DNA of 58,193 nucleotides from a virus (IMGVR_UViG_3300045988_132327:1-58193), one strand, 5' to 3'. Positions 46,875-57,392 are shown, counted from the stretch's first letter. Numbers and translations: made by a program. The notes: generated by a model not told the origin, from the letters alone.

Positions 46875-47295
46875 GCTTTTCGATCGTAAACTGGCGCTCT
46901 ATGCAGTCATTGATAGGGAAAATGCGATAAAGCGGATTCAGTCGGCAGTTACCGTTAGTCAATGTGACTTTCAGATCCCACTTCGTTGGCTCAAGATATT
47001 TCGTATCGATGAGCAAATACTCTTCTCTCTCACCACGTTTTGAAGCGTCAACTGGTCGCGTTTTCCCTGAAATAACCACAGATGGATTTTTCAGGTCTTG
47101 CAACCAATATTCGATTTGAGCATTGCTAACCCAGCTTCGCTTAACACGTAGCGAAACAGGAAATGCTATAGCGGATTCTTTCACTACAGCGTCACCAATA
47201 CTCAAAATCTCAACACTCTTGCGACGAAAAATGAAACGGTCAATGATGGCAACAAATGCCATGATAAAAATGAAATAATTTCCAAAGTTACCCAT
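46849..47295 (-). CDS. lydB: LydB-like antiholin
   Basis: 148 aa; follows holin-like gene. Confidence 0.45.
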   Translation of the reverse strand: MGNFGNYFIFIMAFVAIIDRFIFRRKSVEILSIGDAVVKESAIAFPVSLRVKRSWVSNAQIEYWLQDLKNPSVVISGKTRPVDASKRGEREEYLLIDTKYLEPTKWDLKVTLTNGNCRLNPLYRIFPINDCIERQFTIEKREGDWNVE

Positions 47296-47621
47296 TATTT
47301 CTCTCCACCTTTTCCCCCATTCGCTATTACGCTTAAGAGATTCAAGACGTTACTAGCTCTGGACTTCAAGCCTTGTAAAATTTCACTACCGTTGTTACTG
47401 GCAATCAGAACAACGCAGAAAATGATACCTTCAGGCCATTCTTGGCTAACCGCCACCCCATACCCCGCAAGCCCGGCTGTTACCGCAGTAAACAATTCAC
47501 TCGCAAGATTGAGCAGGGACGCAGAAATGCGCCCGTCTCTAACTCCGAGAAGGAATACGCCGGTTCCACTTAGTAGGGATGTTATGACTACTACAGCCAG
47601 ATTTTCATAATCTGCAAACAT
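47295..47621 (-). CDS. lydA: holin, LydA-like
   Basis: 108 aa with three hydrophobic helices and charged C-terminus. Confidence 0.5.
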   Translation of the reverse strand: MFADYENLAVVVITSLLSGTGVFLLGVRDGRISASLLNLASELFTAVTAGLAGYGVAVSQEWPEGIIFCVVLIASNNGSEILQGLKSRASNVLNLLSVIANGGKGGEK

Positions 47622-47726
47622 ACCCCTCCAGAAATAACATCTAATGCGCCACTAACTTAGTCAGTTTGTTATTTCCTTACAGGACATCTTCTAGAATCTC
47701 CCCCCTTAACATACAAGGGGGGACAT

Positions 47727-48287
47727 ATGCTTATTGGATACATTCGCGTATCAACTAATGACCAAAACACCGCTTTACAACGAAACGCCCTTGAAAGCGC
47801 AGGATGTGAGCTAATTTTTGAGGATAAGGCGAGCGGCAAAAAGGCTGAACGCCCAGGATTAAAAAAGGTTCTGCGTATTCTTTCCAGAGGTGACACCCTG
47901 GTCGTATGGAAGTTAGATCGTCTTGGGCGCAGCATGCGTCACTTGGTTGTGCTGGTGGAGGAGCTGCGTGACAGAGGAATTAACTTCCGGAGTCTCACCG
48001 ACTCCATCGACACCAGTACACCAATGGGGAGCTTTTTCTTTCACGTAATGGGGGCGCTGGCAGAAATGGAACGTGAGCTTATCGTTGAACGTACACGCGC
48101 TGGACTTGATGCAGCTCGCGCAGAAGGTCGTATAGGTGGGCGTCGGCCTAAATACCAAGAAGAAACATGGCAGCAAATGCGGCGATTGCTGGAGAATGGC
48201 ATCCCCCGTAAGCAGGTTGCAATCATCTATGATGTGGCTGTTTCCACGCTTTATAAGAAGTTTCCGGCGTCGTCATTTCAATCCTAA
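47727..48287 (+). CDS. cin: Cin/Gin/Hin-family serine DNA invertase
   Basis: 186 aa; catalytic YIRVSTNDQ motif, C-terminal HTH; adjacent cix site. Confidence 0.9.
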   Translation: MLIGYIRVSTNDQNTALQRNALESAGCELIFEDKASGKKAERPGLKKVLRILSRGDTLVVWKLDRLGRSMRHLVVLVEELRDRGINFRSLTDSIDTSTPMGSFFFHVMGALAEMERELIVERTRAGLDAARAEGRIGGRRPKYQEETWQQMRRLLENGIPRKQVAIIYDVAVSTLYKKFPASSFQS

Positions 48288-48304
48288 ACCTTGGTTTAAG
48301 AGAA
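48279..48304. other. cix-like crossover site (left) caatcctaaaccTTggtttaagagaa
   Basis: 26-bp site with dyad halves around central TT; overlaps cin stop; inverted copy at 52736..52761. Confidence 0.6.
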
Positions 48305-48334
48305 CTCGGCACAAGCGGCGAAAAGATCCCCCTG

Positions 48335-50281
48335 TTGAGCACGGCTAACACCTGGAGTGAACGCCAGACTTTCAACGGCGGGATCACCGGGACGCTGACG
48401 GGGAACGCCGATACCGCGACGAAATTAAAAACAGCACGGAAGATTAATAACGTGCTGTTTGACGGTTCTAAAGATATTTCTCTGACGCCTGCGAACCTTG
48501 ATGTCACCAGCCTGACGTTTATGAAAAACAACGGCGAAATGCCGGTTGATGCTGATCTGAATACATTTGGTCCCGTTAAGGCTTATCTGGGGATCTGGTC
48601 TAAAGCTACCTCAACTAACGCAACACTGGAGAAAAATTTCCCGGAAGATAATGCTGTCGGTGTGCTTGAGGTTTTTGCTGCCGGCAATTTTGCAGGCACG
48701 CAACGCTTTATCACGAGAGACGGCAATGTATACATGCGTAAACTCGCCAATCAGTGGAATGGTACTGATGGTCCATGGGGCGTATGGCGTCACACTCAAT
48801 CAGCTACCCGCCCTTTGAGTACGACTATAGACCTGAATACGCTTGGAGCCGCCGAACATCTTGGTTTATGGCGTAACAGTAGCTCGGCTATAGCTTCATA
48901 TGAACGCAATTATCCAGAGGAAGGCGGCTTTGCTCAGGGGATGCTTGAGATCCTCGAAGGCGGAAATTATGGAAGAACGCAACGTTATACCACTCGCCGT
49001 GGAAATATGTATGTCCGCTGTCTTGCGGCAAGCTGGGATGCATCAAATCCGCAGTGGGAACCGTGGTTAAGAGTCGGTCATCAGTCAGATAGTCGTTATT
49101 ACGACGGGGATTTGAATGATGTGACTTCACCAGGTATTTACAGCGTTACAGGTAAAGCGACCAACGGTCCAATACTGGACGGAAACGGCGTGACAGTCAT
49201 CGGTATTCTGGAAGTGTTGAGGCGCTTTGATGGTGTTAACGTATGGCAGCGTTATACAACTGCCGGAACAGGTGCAACCCTTAAAGGTCGCACGTTTGAG
49301 CGCGTCTATACCGGCAGCTCGTGGAGCGAATGGCGGGAAGTCTACACCTCGTATTCACTTCCCCTGAATCTGGGTATCGGCGGTGCAGTGGCAAAGCTCA
49401 CCAGCCTGGACTGGCAGACCCACGACTTTGTGCCGGGCAGTCTGATAACCGTTCGGCTTGATAACATGACCAACATTCCCGACGGTATGGACTGGGGCGT
49501 CATTGATGGCAACCTGATAAACATCGCAGTTGGTCCGAGTGATGATTCCGGTACTGGGCGCTCAATGCATGTATGGCGCAGCACTGTAAGTAAAGCGAAT
49601 TACCGCTTTTTTATGGTGCGTATTTCAGGAAATCCGGGAAGCCGCAAGATCACGACAAGACGTGTGCCAATTATCGACGAAGCTCAGACATGGGCGGCGA
49701 AACAAACCTTCAGCGCCGGTATTTCAGGCGAACTGTCCGGCAATGCGGCTACAGCTACAAAGCTGAAAACGCCAAGGACAATTAACGGCGTAAAATTTGA
49801 CGGCTCGGCAGATATTGAAGTCATCCCGGTTGGCGTTCCTTTACCGTGGCCTTCTGCTACTCCGCCGACAGGCTGGCTGAAATGCAACGGTGCTGCCTTT
49901 GATATGACGAAATACCCTCAACTTGCAAAGGCATACCCAACTGGAAAACTACCTGATTTACGTAGTGAGTTTATTCGTGGCTGGGATGACGGGCGTGGTA
50001 TTGATGCAGGACGTGCTTTATTGAGCATTCAGGCAGGGATGCTGGAGAAGCACCGCCATATTGTTGTTGCTAACGATGGGTATGATTCAAAAGAGGAATG
50101 GGAACTGGCGACAATCTTCAGAAGAGCATATACGCAAGGCCGGGGGCTTGATGCTGCCGATGCCGGAGGGACCCTGATTCCATCACCGACACTTCATTCA
50201 CGAGGGAGTATCGGTAATACTGGCGGGAGTGAAACCCGTCCACGAAATATTGCATTTAACTATATCGTGAGGGCTGCATAA
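48335..50281 (+). CDS. alternative tail-fibre variable part (Sv-prime-like), silent in this orientation
   Basis: 648 aa; N-terminus (STANTWSERQTFNGGITG...) near-identical to internal segment of 51473..54190; frame open back to cix. Confidence 0.7.
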   Translation: MSTANTWSERQTFNGGITGTLTGNADTATKLKTARKINNVLFDGSKDISLTPANLDVTSLTFMKNNGEMPVDADLNTFGPVKAYLGIWSKATSTNATLEKNFPEDNAVGVLEVFAAGNFAGTQRFITRDGNVYMRKLANQWNGTDGPWGVWRHTQSATRPLSTTIDLNTLGAAEHLGLWRNSSSAIASYERNYPEEGGFAQGMLEILEGGNYGRTQRYTTRRGNMYVRCLAASWDASNPQWEPWLRVGHQSDSRYYDGDLNDVTSPGIYSVTGKATNGPILDGNGVTVIGILEVLRRFDGVNVWQRYTTAGTGATLKGRTFERVYTGSSWSEWREVYTSYSLPLNLGIGGAVAKLTSLDWQTHDFVPGSLITVRLDNMTNIPDGMDWGVIDGNLINIAVGPSDDSGTGRSMHVWRSTVSKANYRFFMVRISGNPGSRKITTRRVPIIDEAQTWAAKQTFSAGISGELSGNAATATKLKTPRTINGVKFDGSADIEVIPVGVPLPWPSATPPTGWLKCNGAAFDMTKYPQLAKAYPTGKLPDLRSEFIRGWDDGRGIDAGRALLSIQAGMLEKHRHIVVANDGYDSKEEWELATIFRRAYTQGRGLDAADAGGTLIPSPTLHSRGSIGNTGGSETRPRNIAFNYIVRAA

Positions 50282-50883
50282 TGGATAACGCCGTATTAAA
50301 TAGCGAGCTTATTGCCACGAAGGCGGGGAATATTACCGTATATAACTATGATGGTGAAACTCGGGAATATATTTCCACATCAACTGAATATCTTGCTGTT
50401 GGTGTCGGTATCCCTGCATATTCCTGTTTGGATGTCCCTGGCACACATAAGGCGGGTTATGCTGTCTGCCGCTCAGCAGATTTAAACTCATGGGAATATG
50501 TGCCAGACCATCGCGGTGAAATTGTCTATAACACCGAAACGGGAGATGCCAAAGAAATCACTGCACCGGGCGACTATCCTGAAAATACAACCACTATTGC
50601 CCCGTTAACGCCATACGATAAATGGGATGGTGAGAAATGGGTGACGGATGTTGAGGCACAACACGGTGCCGCAGTAGAAGCGGCAGAAGCACAGCGCCAG
50701 TCGCTGATTGATGCAGCTATGGCTTCCATTAGTCTGATTCAACTGAAATTACAGGCTGGACGGAAGCTGACGCAAACGGAATCCACCCGACTAAACGCCG
50801 TGCTGGATTACATTGACGCGATAACGTCAATGGATACCAGCTCTGCGCCGGATGTCACCTGGCCTGAATTGCAAGAGGCGTAA
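50281..50883 (+). CDS. tail-fibre assembly chaperone (U-prime-like)
   Basis: 200 aa, follows Sv-prime inside invertible segment. Confidence 0.65.
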   Translation: MDNAVLNSELIATKAGNITVYNYDGETREYISTSTEYLAVGVGIPAYSCLDVPGTHKAGYAVCRSADLNSWEYVPDHRGEIVYNTETGDAKEITAPGDYPENTTTIAPLTPYDKWDGEKWVTDVEAQHGAAVEAAEAQRQSLIDAAMASISLIQLKLQAGRKLTQTESTRLNAVLDYIDAITSMDTSSAPDVTWPELQEA

Positions 50884-50941
50884 GCCCAACATATGGAGCA
50901 CTGGAGATATCTACTTCCTCCAGTGCATCTGGATATAATTA

Positions 50942-51469
50942 TTATTCTGGTTTATCAGGCCATTGTGGATTTGCGGCATCCACGCGACTGACCAGAACGC
51001 TGTAACGCTCCCAGGCTTCCAGTCGACTACTCTCCTCATCTGTTGCCATATTCAACCTGACTGCGCGCTCCAGCGGCAAAATCACGGATTCAGCTTCGGA
51101 AAGCAAAGTGACTTTTTGCAACTCTGCCTGTTGTTGTAGTTCATCTTGGGTATAAATCCGTTTGATTACAGCGCCATCTTTGAACATCCAGTTACCCGAA
51201 ATATCAGCCCGTCTATTGGCTGTTATATCAGGCAACTCAACAACGCTTAAACCTTCTGGATTAATTGCCGATACATCCTTATCAATAGCAACAATAACTC
51301 CCTCTGCTGTGTAAGCTAGCTTTATTGTATCTTCCTGAAAGTTTTTCACTTCCTCATACCAGTTTTTTCCGTCTTCAGACCATAACCAGATAACATTAAA
51401 ATTCTTTGTTAGCTGATATTGTTCAACGGTTTTTGGATTACCTGCGACAATGTTTTTTAAATGCTGCAT
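50942..51469 (-). CDS. tail-fibre assembly chaperone (U-like), expressed orientation
   Basis: 175 aa immediately downstream of tail-fibre gene. Confidence 0.65.
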   Translation of the reverse strand: MQHLKNIVAGNPKTVEQYQLTKNFNVIWLWSEDGKNWYEEVKNFQEDTIKLAYTAEGVIVAIDKDVSAINPEGLSVVELPDITANRRADISGNWMFKDGAVIKRIYTQDELQQQAELQKVTLLSEAESVILPLERAVRLNMATDEESSRLEAWERYSVLVSRVDAANPQWPDKPE

Positions 51470-51472
51470 AAG

Positions 51473-54190
51473 TTACACCTGCGCCACGTTATACCATGTG
51501 CCATTAATGTATTTTTGTATTGGTCTGAATACTGCCGGATCATCGCCATCAACTTCGCCGACAATGCCAAGCCCTGTAATTACATGACCTGATTTCTCAT
51601 ACATCACGCCTCTTTGCATGGTCTGAACAACACGAGTGCCCAGGCGAATATCTCGTACATAGCGAGAATCCGATTCAGCTTTGGTATATGCACCAACATC
51701 TCCCGCAGAGGGTTTGCGGGTTGTGGTATAAAACTCTGACCAGTCAGCCTCAAATCCATAACCATCTCGCGCTGAACGATAATAAATACCGCCGTTCTTA
51801 TAATTCACACGGAACTGAACCGCCGGGCAACTCCCCGCATTCATATTAAAGTGAAGAATCAATGTTGACGCTCCACTAATAGTCGCATTATAAACGCCGC
51901 TATTTGAGTTCCATCCAACAGCTTTGTCATTTCCAACAGTGCTTCCTGTTTGCCCTAAAGCAAATGCAGGTTGTTGATTTTTCGTGTTGTAGTCTCGTCG
52001 CCAGCCAGGGGCGTAATCTGCGCCATGGTTTATATAAGTAAATTGTGCATTAGTAGTTCCGCCACCGTTGGAAGTGCTCGGGGTGGTTACACGGATGGTC
52101 ATGGCACCTTTATGACCCATAACCTCAATAACGCAACCTGCAAGATGAATAGTTCCACAGCCAGTATCGGTAATAATTTTATTATTGCCGTATGACCATG
52201 AACATTTGCACATCCAGTATGGGTGATTGAATGCCCCTTGAGAATCCAGCCATTCAATCAATTGTGCCGTTGTCCAGTTCCCTGCACCTGTACTAATAGA
52301 ACTGTGAAAAGCGCGACATGCACCAATATTTTTTGTGAAGGTATCTTTTCCTGGAATATCTGCGCCGTTCTGGTTTTTCTGTAATGCTCCTGCGGCTAAT
52401 TCTACGGTTTGCTCAAGATTTAAATCTTCCGCCGTTAGCTCAATATTTTTAGAACCATCAAACGAGACGCCGTTGATAGTACATGCTGTCTGCAACTTGG
52501 TCGCTGTCGCTGCATTACCGGTAGTGTTCTGATTACCTGTTTTATTCACACCTGGCAGGTCGATATTGGCACTACCATCGAATGACACACCGCCTATTGT
52601 GCGTGCTGTTTTCAATTTCGTCGCGGTGTCGGCGTTCCCTGTCAGTGCCCCGGTGATCCCGCCGTTAAAAGTCTGGCGCGCACTCCATGTGTTAGCCGTG
52701 CTCAACAGGGGGATCTTTTCACCGCTGGTACCGAGTTCTCTTAAACCAAGGTATTGGATAACGGCAAGGACACTTGTTTTAGCCAGAATATCGCGACCGA
52801 CTGACGTTAAATCAGTCTGGGCAACAGTATCTTTACCGGTAAAGTACGGCAATTTATTTGCGCCAGTTGCAAGCCCCGCAAGTGCGGTTAAAGTTGCGTC
52901 AAGGGGCTGTTTTCCCGCGAGCGCATTTGTCATTGTTGTCGCAAAATTCGGGTCATTACCGAGCGCCTCAGCCAGTTCATTCAGCGTATCCAGAGCTTCA
53001 GGCGAAGAATCTACTAATGCAGATATAGCCGCTCTTACATAAGCGGTCGTGGCAATCTGCGTATTGTTCGTACCCTGTCCCGCAGTCGGCGCAGTAGGAA
53101 CTCCCGTTAATGCAGGGCTTGCCAAAGGTGCTTTAAGAGCAAGGGCATTGTTGATAGTTGTGCTGAAATTCGGGTCGTTATTGATCGCAGCCGCTATTTC
53201 TTTCAGAGTATCCAGTGTTCCCGGAGCGCCATTGATAAGTGCAGATATAGCCGCTCTTACATAAGCGGTCGTGGCAATCTGCGTATTGTTCGTACCCTGT
53301 CCCGCAGTCGGCGCAGTAGGAACTCCCGTTAATGCAGGGCTTGCCAAAGGTGCTTTAAGAGCAAGGGCATTGTTGATAGTTGTGCTGAAATTCGGGTCGT
53401 TATTGATCGCAGCCGCTATTTCTTTCAGAGTATCCAGTGTTCCCGGAGCGCCATTGATAAGTGCAGATATAGCTGCCTTAACAAAGGCTGCATTTGCGAT
53501 CTGCGTGCTGTTTGTGCCTTGCTCTGCCGTCGGCGCGGTTGGTATACCTTTCAGATGAGGGCTATCGATCGGGGCTTTTGTGTCAACCAAATCATGGAGG
53601 GTTTTGACAGCCAAAGGTGTAGCCGCTTTTCTCTCTTCTGTACTGCTTATTTCATTAGAGAACTCAACACCCACAGCACGATTGACACGGTATTTAAGCA
53701 CTATCATTTCTTTAGTCACAGCCGTTGCCCCGCTGGGGACCACAACTCGACATAATTCAATTTGATTCTGCCCAATAGTGTTGTCCGTGCGCGCGTATAT
53801 TCTGGCGGCACTGACAGAAGATGTGCTATCTACCTGTATCGTTTTTACACCATGTTCAAAATTAGCTTCAAGCACAATAATGTTGGTAGCCCCGGCCTTT
53901 ACCGAAACAATCACATCTTCTATTTGCTGAACGGATATCTGAACATTATTTACATCTACTGAAGCAGCCCCCTTACCTTCTGAGTTTTCAGAAGTGATAC
54001 GGACACTCAATCCTGTGCCGGGAACTGGTTCAAATCCGCAGTAAAAACCAGGCAAAACAATATTTTTTAACTTCCTGTTAAGAGCCGAGCTACTATACAG
54101 GTCGAAATATTGAACATCAGCAAGCAGTGGCTGTGTGACACCTGAAGATAGTGTCATTATGCTTTTCGTTTTATCAGCACCCATGATCAT
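51473..54190 (-). CDS. tail fibre protein S (constant part fused to currently selected variable part)
   Basis: 905 aa; three approximately 74-aa tandem repeats; cix site embedded at 52736..52761. Confidence 0.8.
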   Translation of the reverse strand: MIMGADKTKSIMTLSSGVTQPLLADVQYFDLYSSSALNRKLKNIVLPGFYCGFEPVPGTGLSVRITSENSEGKGAASVDVNNVQISVQQIEDVIVSVKAGATNIIVLEANFEHGVKTIQVDSTSSVSAARIYARTDNTIGQNQIELCRVVVPSGATAVTKEMIVLKYRVNRAVGVEFSNEISSTEERKAATPLAVKTLHDLVDTKAPIDSPHLKGIPTAPTAEQGTNSTQIANAAFVKAAISALINGAPGTLDTLKEIAAAINNDPNFSTTINNALALKAPLASPALTGVPTAPTAGQGTNNTQIATTAYVRAAISALINGAPGTLDTLKEIAAAINNDPNFSTTINNALALKAPLASPALTGVPTAPTAGQGTNNTQIATTAYVRAAISALVDSSPEALDTLNELAEALGNDPNFATTMTNALAGKQPLDATLTALAGLATGANKLPYFTGKDTVAQTDLTSVGRDILAKTSVLAVIQYLGLRELGTSGEKIPLLSTANTWSARQTFNGGITGALTGNADTATKLKTARTIGGVSFDGSANIDLPGVNKTGNQNTTGNAATATKLQTACTINGVSFDGSKNIELTAEDLNLEQTVELAAGALQKNQNGADIPGKDTFTKNIGACRAFHSSISTGAGNWTTAQLIEWLDSQGAFNHPYWMCKCSWSYGNNKIITDTGCGTIHLAGCVIEVMGHKGAMTIRVTTPSTSNGGGTTNAQFTYINHGADYAPGWRRDYNTKNQQPAFALGQTGSTVGNDKAVGWNSNSGVYNATISGASTLILHFNMNAGSCPAVQFRVNYKNGGIYYRSARDGYGFEADWSEFYTTTRKPSAGDVGAYTKAESDSRYVRDIRLGTRVVQTMQRGVMYEKSGHVITGLGIVGEVDGDDPAVFRPIQKYINGTWYNVAQV
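52736..52761. other. cix-like crossover site (right), inverted relative to 48279..48304
   Basis: reverse complement ttatccaataccttggtttaagagaa shares 16 nt with left site. Confidence 0.6.
53018..53461. repeat. perfect 222-bp tandem duplication inside tail-fibre constant region (third, diverged copy follows)
   Basis: copy 1 53018..53239, copy 2 53240..53461, identical by eye; in-frame 74-aa repeat. Confidence 0.8.
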
Positions 54191-54633
54191 CCCTCAACTT
54201 GCTCTATTGTCATGAGAATGCTGTAACGCTTACCTTTGTAGAGAGTATCCTGTTGGGCGCAAAGCACACCAAAAGCCTGATCCTCAGCATCGACAAGCAC
54301 AAGCGTGTTAAAGTCGTAAGGCGTGTTATCTGGCATTCTTTCTTGAGGGAATGCTGCGTTGATAGTGATAATCCCATCCACGCTGGACAATATCAGATCG
54401 GAAACAGCAAACTGTTGAGCATCACTCAATTTAAAATCGAGGGGAATGTCAGCAATATTCCAGCCACCAGCACCATTTGCTGTTACCAGTCCAGATTTGC
54501 ACCAATACGCCTTAGAGATAACGAAACGCGCACCTTTCCCGATCGCTGATTCGGCACGACGTGAATAGTAGTAGGAAAGCAATTGTGCCTTATACAGGCT
54601 ATTGCCATCTCTTGCCTTTAAATTTTCTGCCAT
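54187..54633 (-). CDS. tail-fibre-associated protein (R-like)
   Basis: 148 aa directly upstream of fibre gene with 4-nt overlap. Confidence 0.4.
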   Translation of the reverse strand: MAENLKARDGNSLYKAQLLSYYYSRRAESAIGKGARFVISKAYWCKSGLVTANGAGGWNIADIPLDFKLSDAQQFAVSDLILSSVDGIITINAAFPQERMPDNTPYDFNTLVLVDAEDQAFGVLCAQQDTLYKGKRYSILMTIEQVEG

Positions 54634-54729
54634 ACGAACATAGCCCCTTCATAAGCAATGAACCGAAGGAGAGTATGCTCAGTTTGTGATTTCCGTTGTT
54701 CTTCCCCCTGGCGCAGGGGGAGAGAATGA

Positions 54730-55575
54730 TCAAACAGGCGGAAGGTGGTAATCTAAAGGCCAAGCATCTAGTGGGATCACATCAAGATGTAGTTGCTTTT
54801 CTGTCGTTCTGTTCGGCATAGCATCAAATGCAATATTGTCTACCTGGCAGGAGTTATCACTACGGGATAACATATCAGCCATACACTCCGTAACATAAAC
54901 GCCTTCAATTACCGAAACATCTGTAGACAGGCTATTAAGTATTTCTGCCACTTCAGGAAATACAGCACTAAGCCGGAACGAGACACCATCGAAAACAATA
55001 TGCAATGGCAACAAAGGAGCTATTACCGTTTCAAAATCTGATAATAATTTCTGCACAGCAGCTTCTTTATCTTCTTCTCCATATGAACGATATAGCTTGT
55101 TCTGATCAACGACAACCAACCCCCTTGATGTCAGGAAGAACTCACCGAATTGAGCCTGCGCCGTAGGTATCTCAATTTCGGTCGCAAAATATGAGCCATA
55201 AGGGTGTTTTTCTATATTTACAGGAGCATACAGCGGCTCCCAACTAACCGGAATACAACCGAATTCACGCCAGAATGTCTGTTCAATAGGAAGAATAGTA
55301 CCTTTAAAGTGCACTTCATCTAAACGTTGCGCCAGAAGCATTGGTCTGCGGGTCTTATCTTTTTCGGTGATAACGAAAAAACGCCCGTATTCGGCAATGC
55401 GTGCATCCATATCCTCACTGTCCATCGTGAAGAAAGATTTCCTGTTACTTATCCGTGTTAATATTGGTTCTACAGCTTCATTCCAGACATCCTGTAAAGC
55501 GTCTATAAATTCCCCCCAGAGATGAGAATCCTGTTTTACCTTAGTTAACCGTTCCTTAAGCCAATTATCTTTCAT
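54730..55575 (-). CDS. baseplate/tail structural protein
   Basis: 281-aa ORF in tail gene array. Confidence 0.4.
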   Translation of the reverse strand: MKDNWLKERLTKVKQDSHLWGEFIDALQDVWNEAVEPILTRISNRKSFFTMDSEDMDARIAEYGRFFVITEKDKTRRPMLLAQRLDEVHFKGTILPIEQTFWREFGCIPVSWEPLYAPVNIEKHPYGSYFATEIEIPTAQAQFGEFFLTSRGLVVVDQNKLYRSYGEEDKEAAVQKLLSDFETVIAPLLPLHIVFDGVSFRLSAVFPEVAEILNSLSTDVSVIEGVYVTECMADMLSRSDNSCQVDNIAFDAMPNRTTEKQLHLDVIPLDAWPLDYHLPPV

Positions 55576-55585
55576 GCCAACCTCA

Positions 55586-57016
55586 TTACGGATAAGAAAT
55601 GCTGAAAGTAGAAGATTTTACGTCAAGATAAATAAAGTCATTAAAGTAAACAGCATCCTTCATATTTTGTATTTTTATGTCATAAGAGAGAAACATATCC
55701 AACGATTCTATTACGCGCCAAATATCTTTGACTTTTACCTGCGCATAGCATTGCTGGGAATCATCATCACTCTGTAGCAATAAACTGAACGAGGACGAAT
55801 CACGCCCAAAATTATCTTCCAACGCGGCTTTAATGGCATTTTTAGCATCGTCTATCAGAACACTTTTACGTGCAATACCAGTAAAATTTATCGTAAAAGG
55901 CTGTTCATTTGTATCTACATACTCGAACCGCTTGTTCAGTTCATTTGGAACATTCTCCAGGGCTTTAAGAATTTCTGCCTTAAGTTGCTCCTGGCTTACG
56001 CCCGGCTTATGTCCACAAAAGAAAATCTTATTGATGTTACGCACATCAAATCCTGTTATTTTTTCTTGTAACGCTTCACCCCAAACGTTCAGCCATGACG
56101 TACCGTGTACCACGTTCTGGATGAATTGACGGTAATCACCGCCCCATACGACTTGTTCATCATATGCAACATAATACTGTGCGCGATTTCGGGTTTCTTC
56201 TGTTGTTTCCATGCCACCGCCGCCAGTAATGATCGAATCGGTTTTAAACTCCAAAGACTCTATGTATTGGGCAATATTTCCAGCTGGTTCTAACTTTTGT
56301 CCTTCAGCCAAAGTATAGTCGCCAAGGCTAGCCATAACATCAATTCTAACCTGACAACCTGCTGGCGGCATCATACCCATAGAGCCGTCACCAAATTTAA
56401 CGCCAAGTTGTTCAGTTGGCTTATATGCCAATGAATAGTGCTTACTTTTGTCTCTGGACATTCGAAAAAATGGGTTGTAGACCCATTTTTTTTCTACACC
56501 ATTTGTAATAACATAAACATCAAGGCTAGAGACTTCTTTTGTTAATTCTCTGGAAAGCAACAACGTCAGGAATAGCGTTTCCTTTTCAATATCAAATGTA
56601 ACGCTTACGGCTTCGTGCTGTTTGACTTCTACACCAGAAACAGTTTTCCCAGCAGGAACAACCACACTGTTAATAATTGCTAAAGGAGTTTGGTCGCTAG
56701 CAAGCAATTCTGCCCCGGCTGGTAACGTAATATCCCGATCAGTTTTATTGGTTATCGACGTTGTTCCGTATGAAGCACTAACAAATCGTCCCACGTAGCC
56801 ACGGTCTTCAGCAACCGCCAAAATACTTGACCGGCGCGTAGCTGTTGAAATAAGCCCCTCAGTAAGACCACGACTTGCAAATGTACGAGCAATATAAATA
56901 AGCTGTGCTCCGAACACAGCGTGCATCTGCACAAACTGACTGTTTACAAATCGTGACCACCATGTATTTTCATTTAGCTTGGCGTTAAATTTGTCCAGTA
57001 ATTCTGTAATGGTCAC
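55586..57016 (-). CDS. baseplate protein, J-like
   Basis: 476 aa, typical size and position for baseplate J/gp47 family; not motif-verified. Confidence 0.45.
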   Translation of the reverse strand: MTITELLDKFNAKLNENTWWSRFVNSQFVQMHAVFGAQLIYIARTFASRGLTEGLISTATRRSSILAVAEDRGYVGRFVSASYGTTSITNKTDRDITLPAGAELLASDQTPLAIINSVVVPAGKTVSGVEVKQHEAVSVTFDIEKETLFLTLLLSRELTKEVSSLDVYVITNGVEKKWVYNPFFRMSRDKSKHYSLAYKPTEQLGVKFGDGSMGMMPPAGCQVRIDVMASLGDYTLAEGQKLEPAGNIAQYIESLEFKTDSIITGGGGMETTEETRNRAQYYVAYDEQVVWGGDYRQFIQNVVHGTSWLNVWGEALQEKITGFDVRNINKIFFCGHKPGVSQEQLKAEILKALENVPNELNKRFEYVDTNEQPFTINFTGIARKSVLIDDAKNAIKAALEDNFGRDSSSFSLLLQSDDDSQQCYAQVKVKDIWRVIESLDMFLSYDIKIQNMKDAVYFNDFIYLDVKSSTFSISYP

Positions 57017-57387
57017 GCGCCCACCCCGCTTGATTTCTGCATAACAATATCCATGCTTCCACCTTTCGCATAAAAACTAATTAATAAAGAATCTTCAGAA
57101 ATGGATGTACAGCGAATTCCCTGCACATCTAAACCAGGTAGATCTTGTCGTAGTTTTGTCATCATTCTCCCTTCAATAGCCACTTCGACTATGTGCGAAG
57201 TTTCAGAGCCGAATGGTTCATGCTTAAATTCTTCCATTGGATTTCCCCAGGACGGCAACCCATAAACGCTTCCTTCCGGGGTTCGTAACCACTCGTCAAG
57301 GCGAGCCATCCAGGCTGCTGTATTTCCCTCTGCAATAATGACACCGCTTTCGTTCGTTTGAAGTCTTGCGTCTATTTCGTAAAGCAT
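57013..57387 (-). CDS. baseplate wedge protein, gp25/GPW-like
   Basis: 124 aa; overlaps downstream gene start. Confidence 0.45.
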   Translation of the reverse strand: MLYEIDARLQTNESGVIIAEGNTAAWMARLDEWLRTPEGSVYGLPSWGNPMEEFKHEPFGSETSHIVEVAIEGRMMTKLRQDLPGLDVQGIRCTSISEDSLLISFYAKGGSMDIVMQKSSGVGA

Positions 57388-57392
57388 CAGTA

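Larger units (their letters stand above)
48292..52748. other. Cin-invertible tail-fibre host-range segment (C-segment-like)
   Basis: bounded by inverted cix sites; contains alternative variable fibre part plus two chaperone genes in opposite orientations. Confidence 0.65.

Noticed and set aside
52566-53558. Plus-strand ORFs 52566..53042, 53049..53264 and 53271..53558 (two of them near-identical)
   Set aside because: They lie antisense to the tail-fibre gene and are near-identical only because they run through the 222-bp tandem repeat; no SD or start context; the repeat is coding on the minus strand.
53018-53680. Possible CRISPR array, given the regularly spaced repeats
   Set aside because: Repeat unit is 222 bp with no unique spacers and is in-frame within a structural gene; no cas genes are present.
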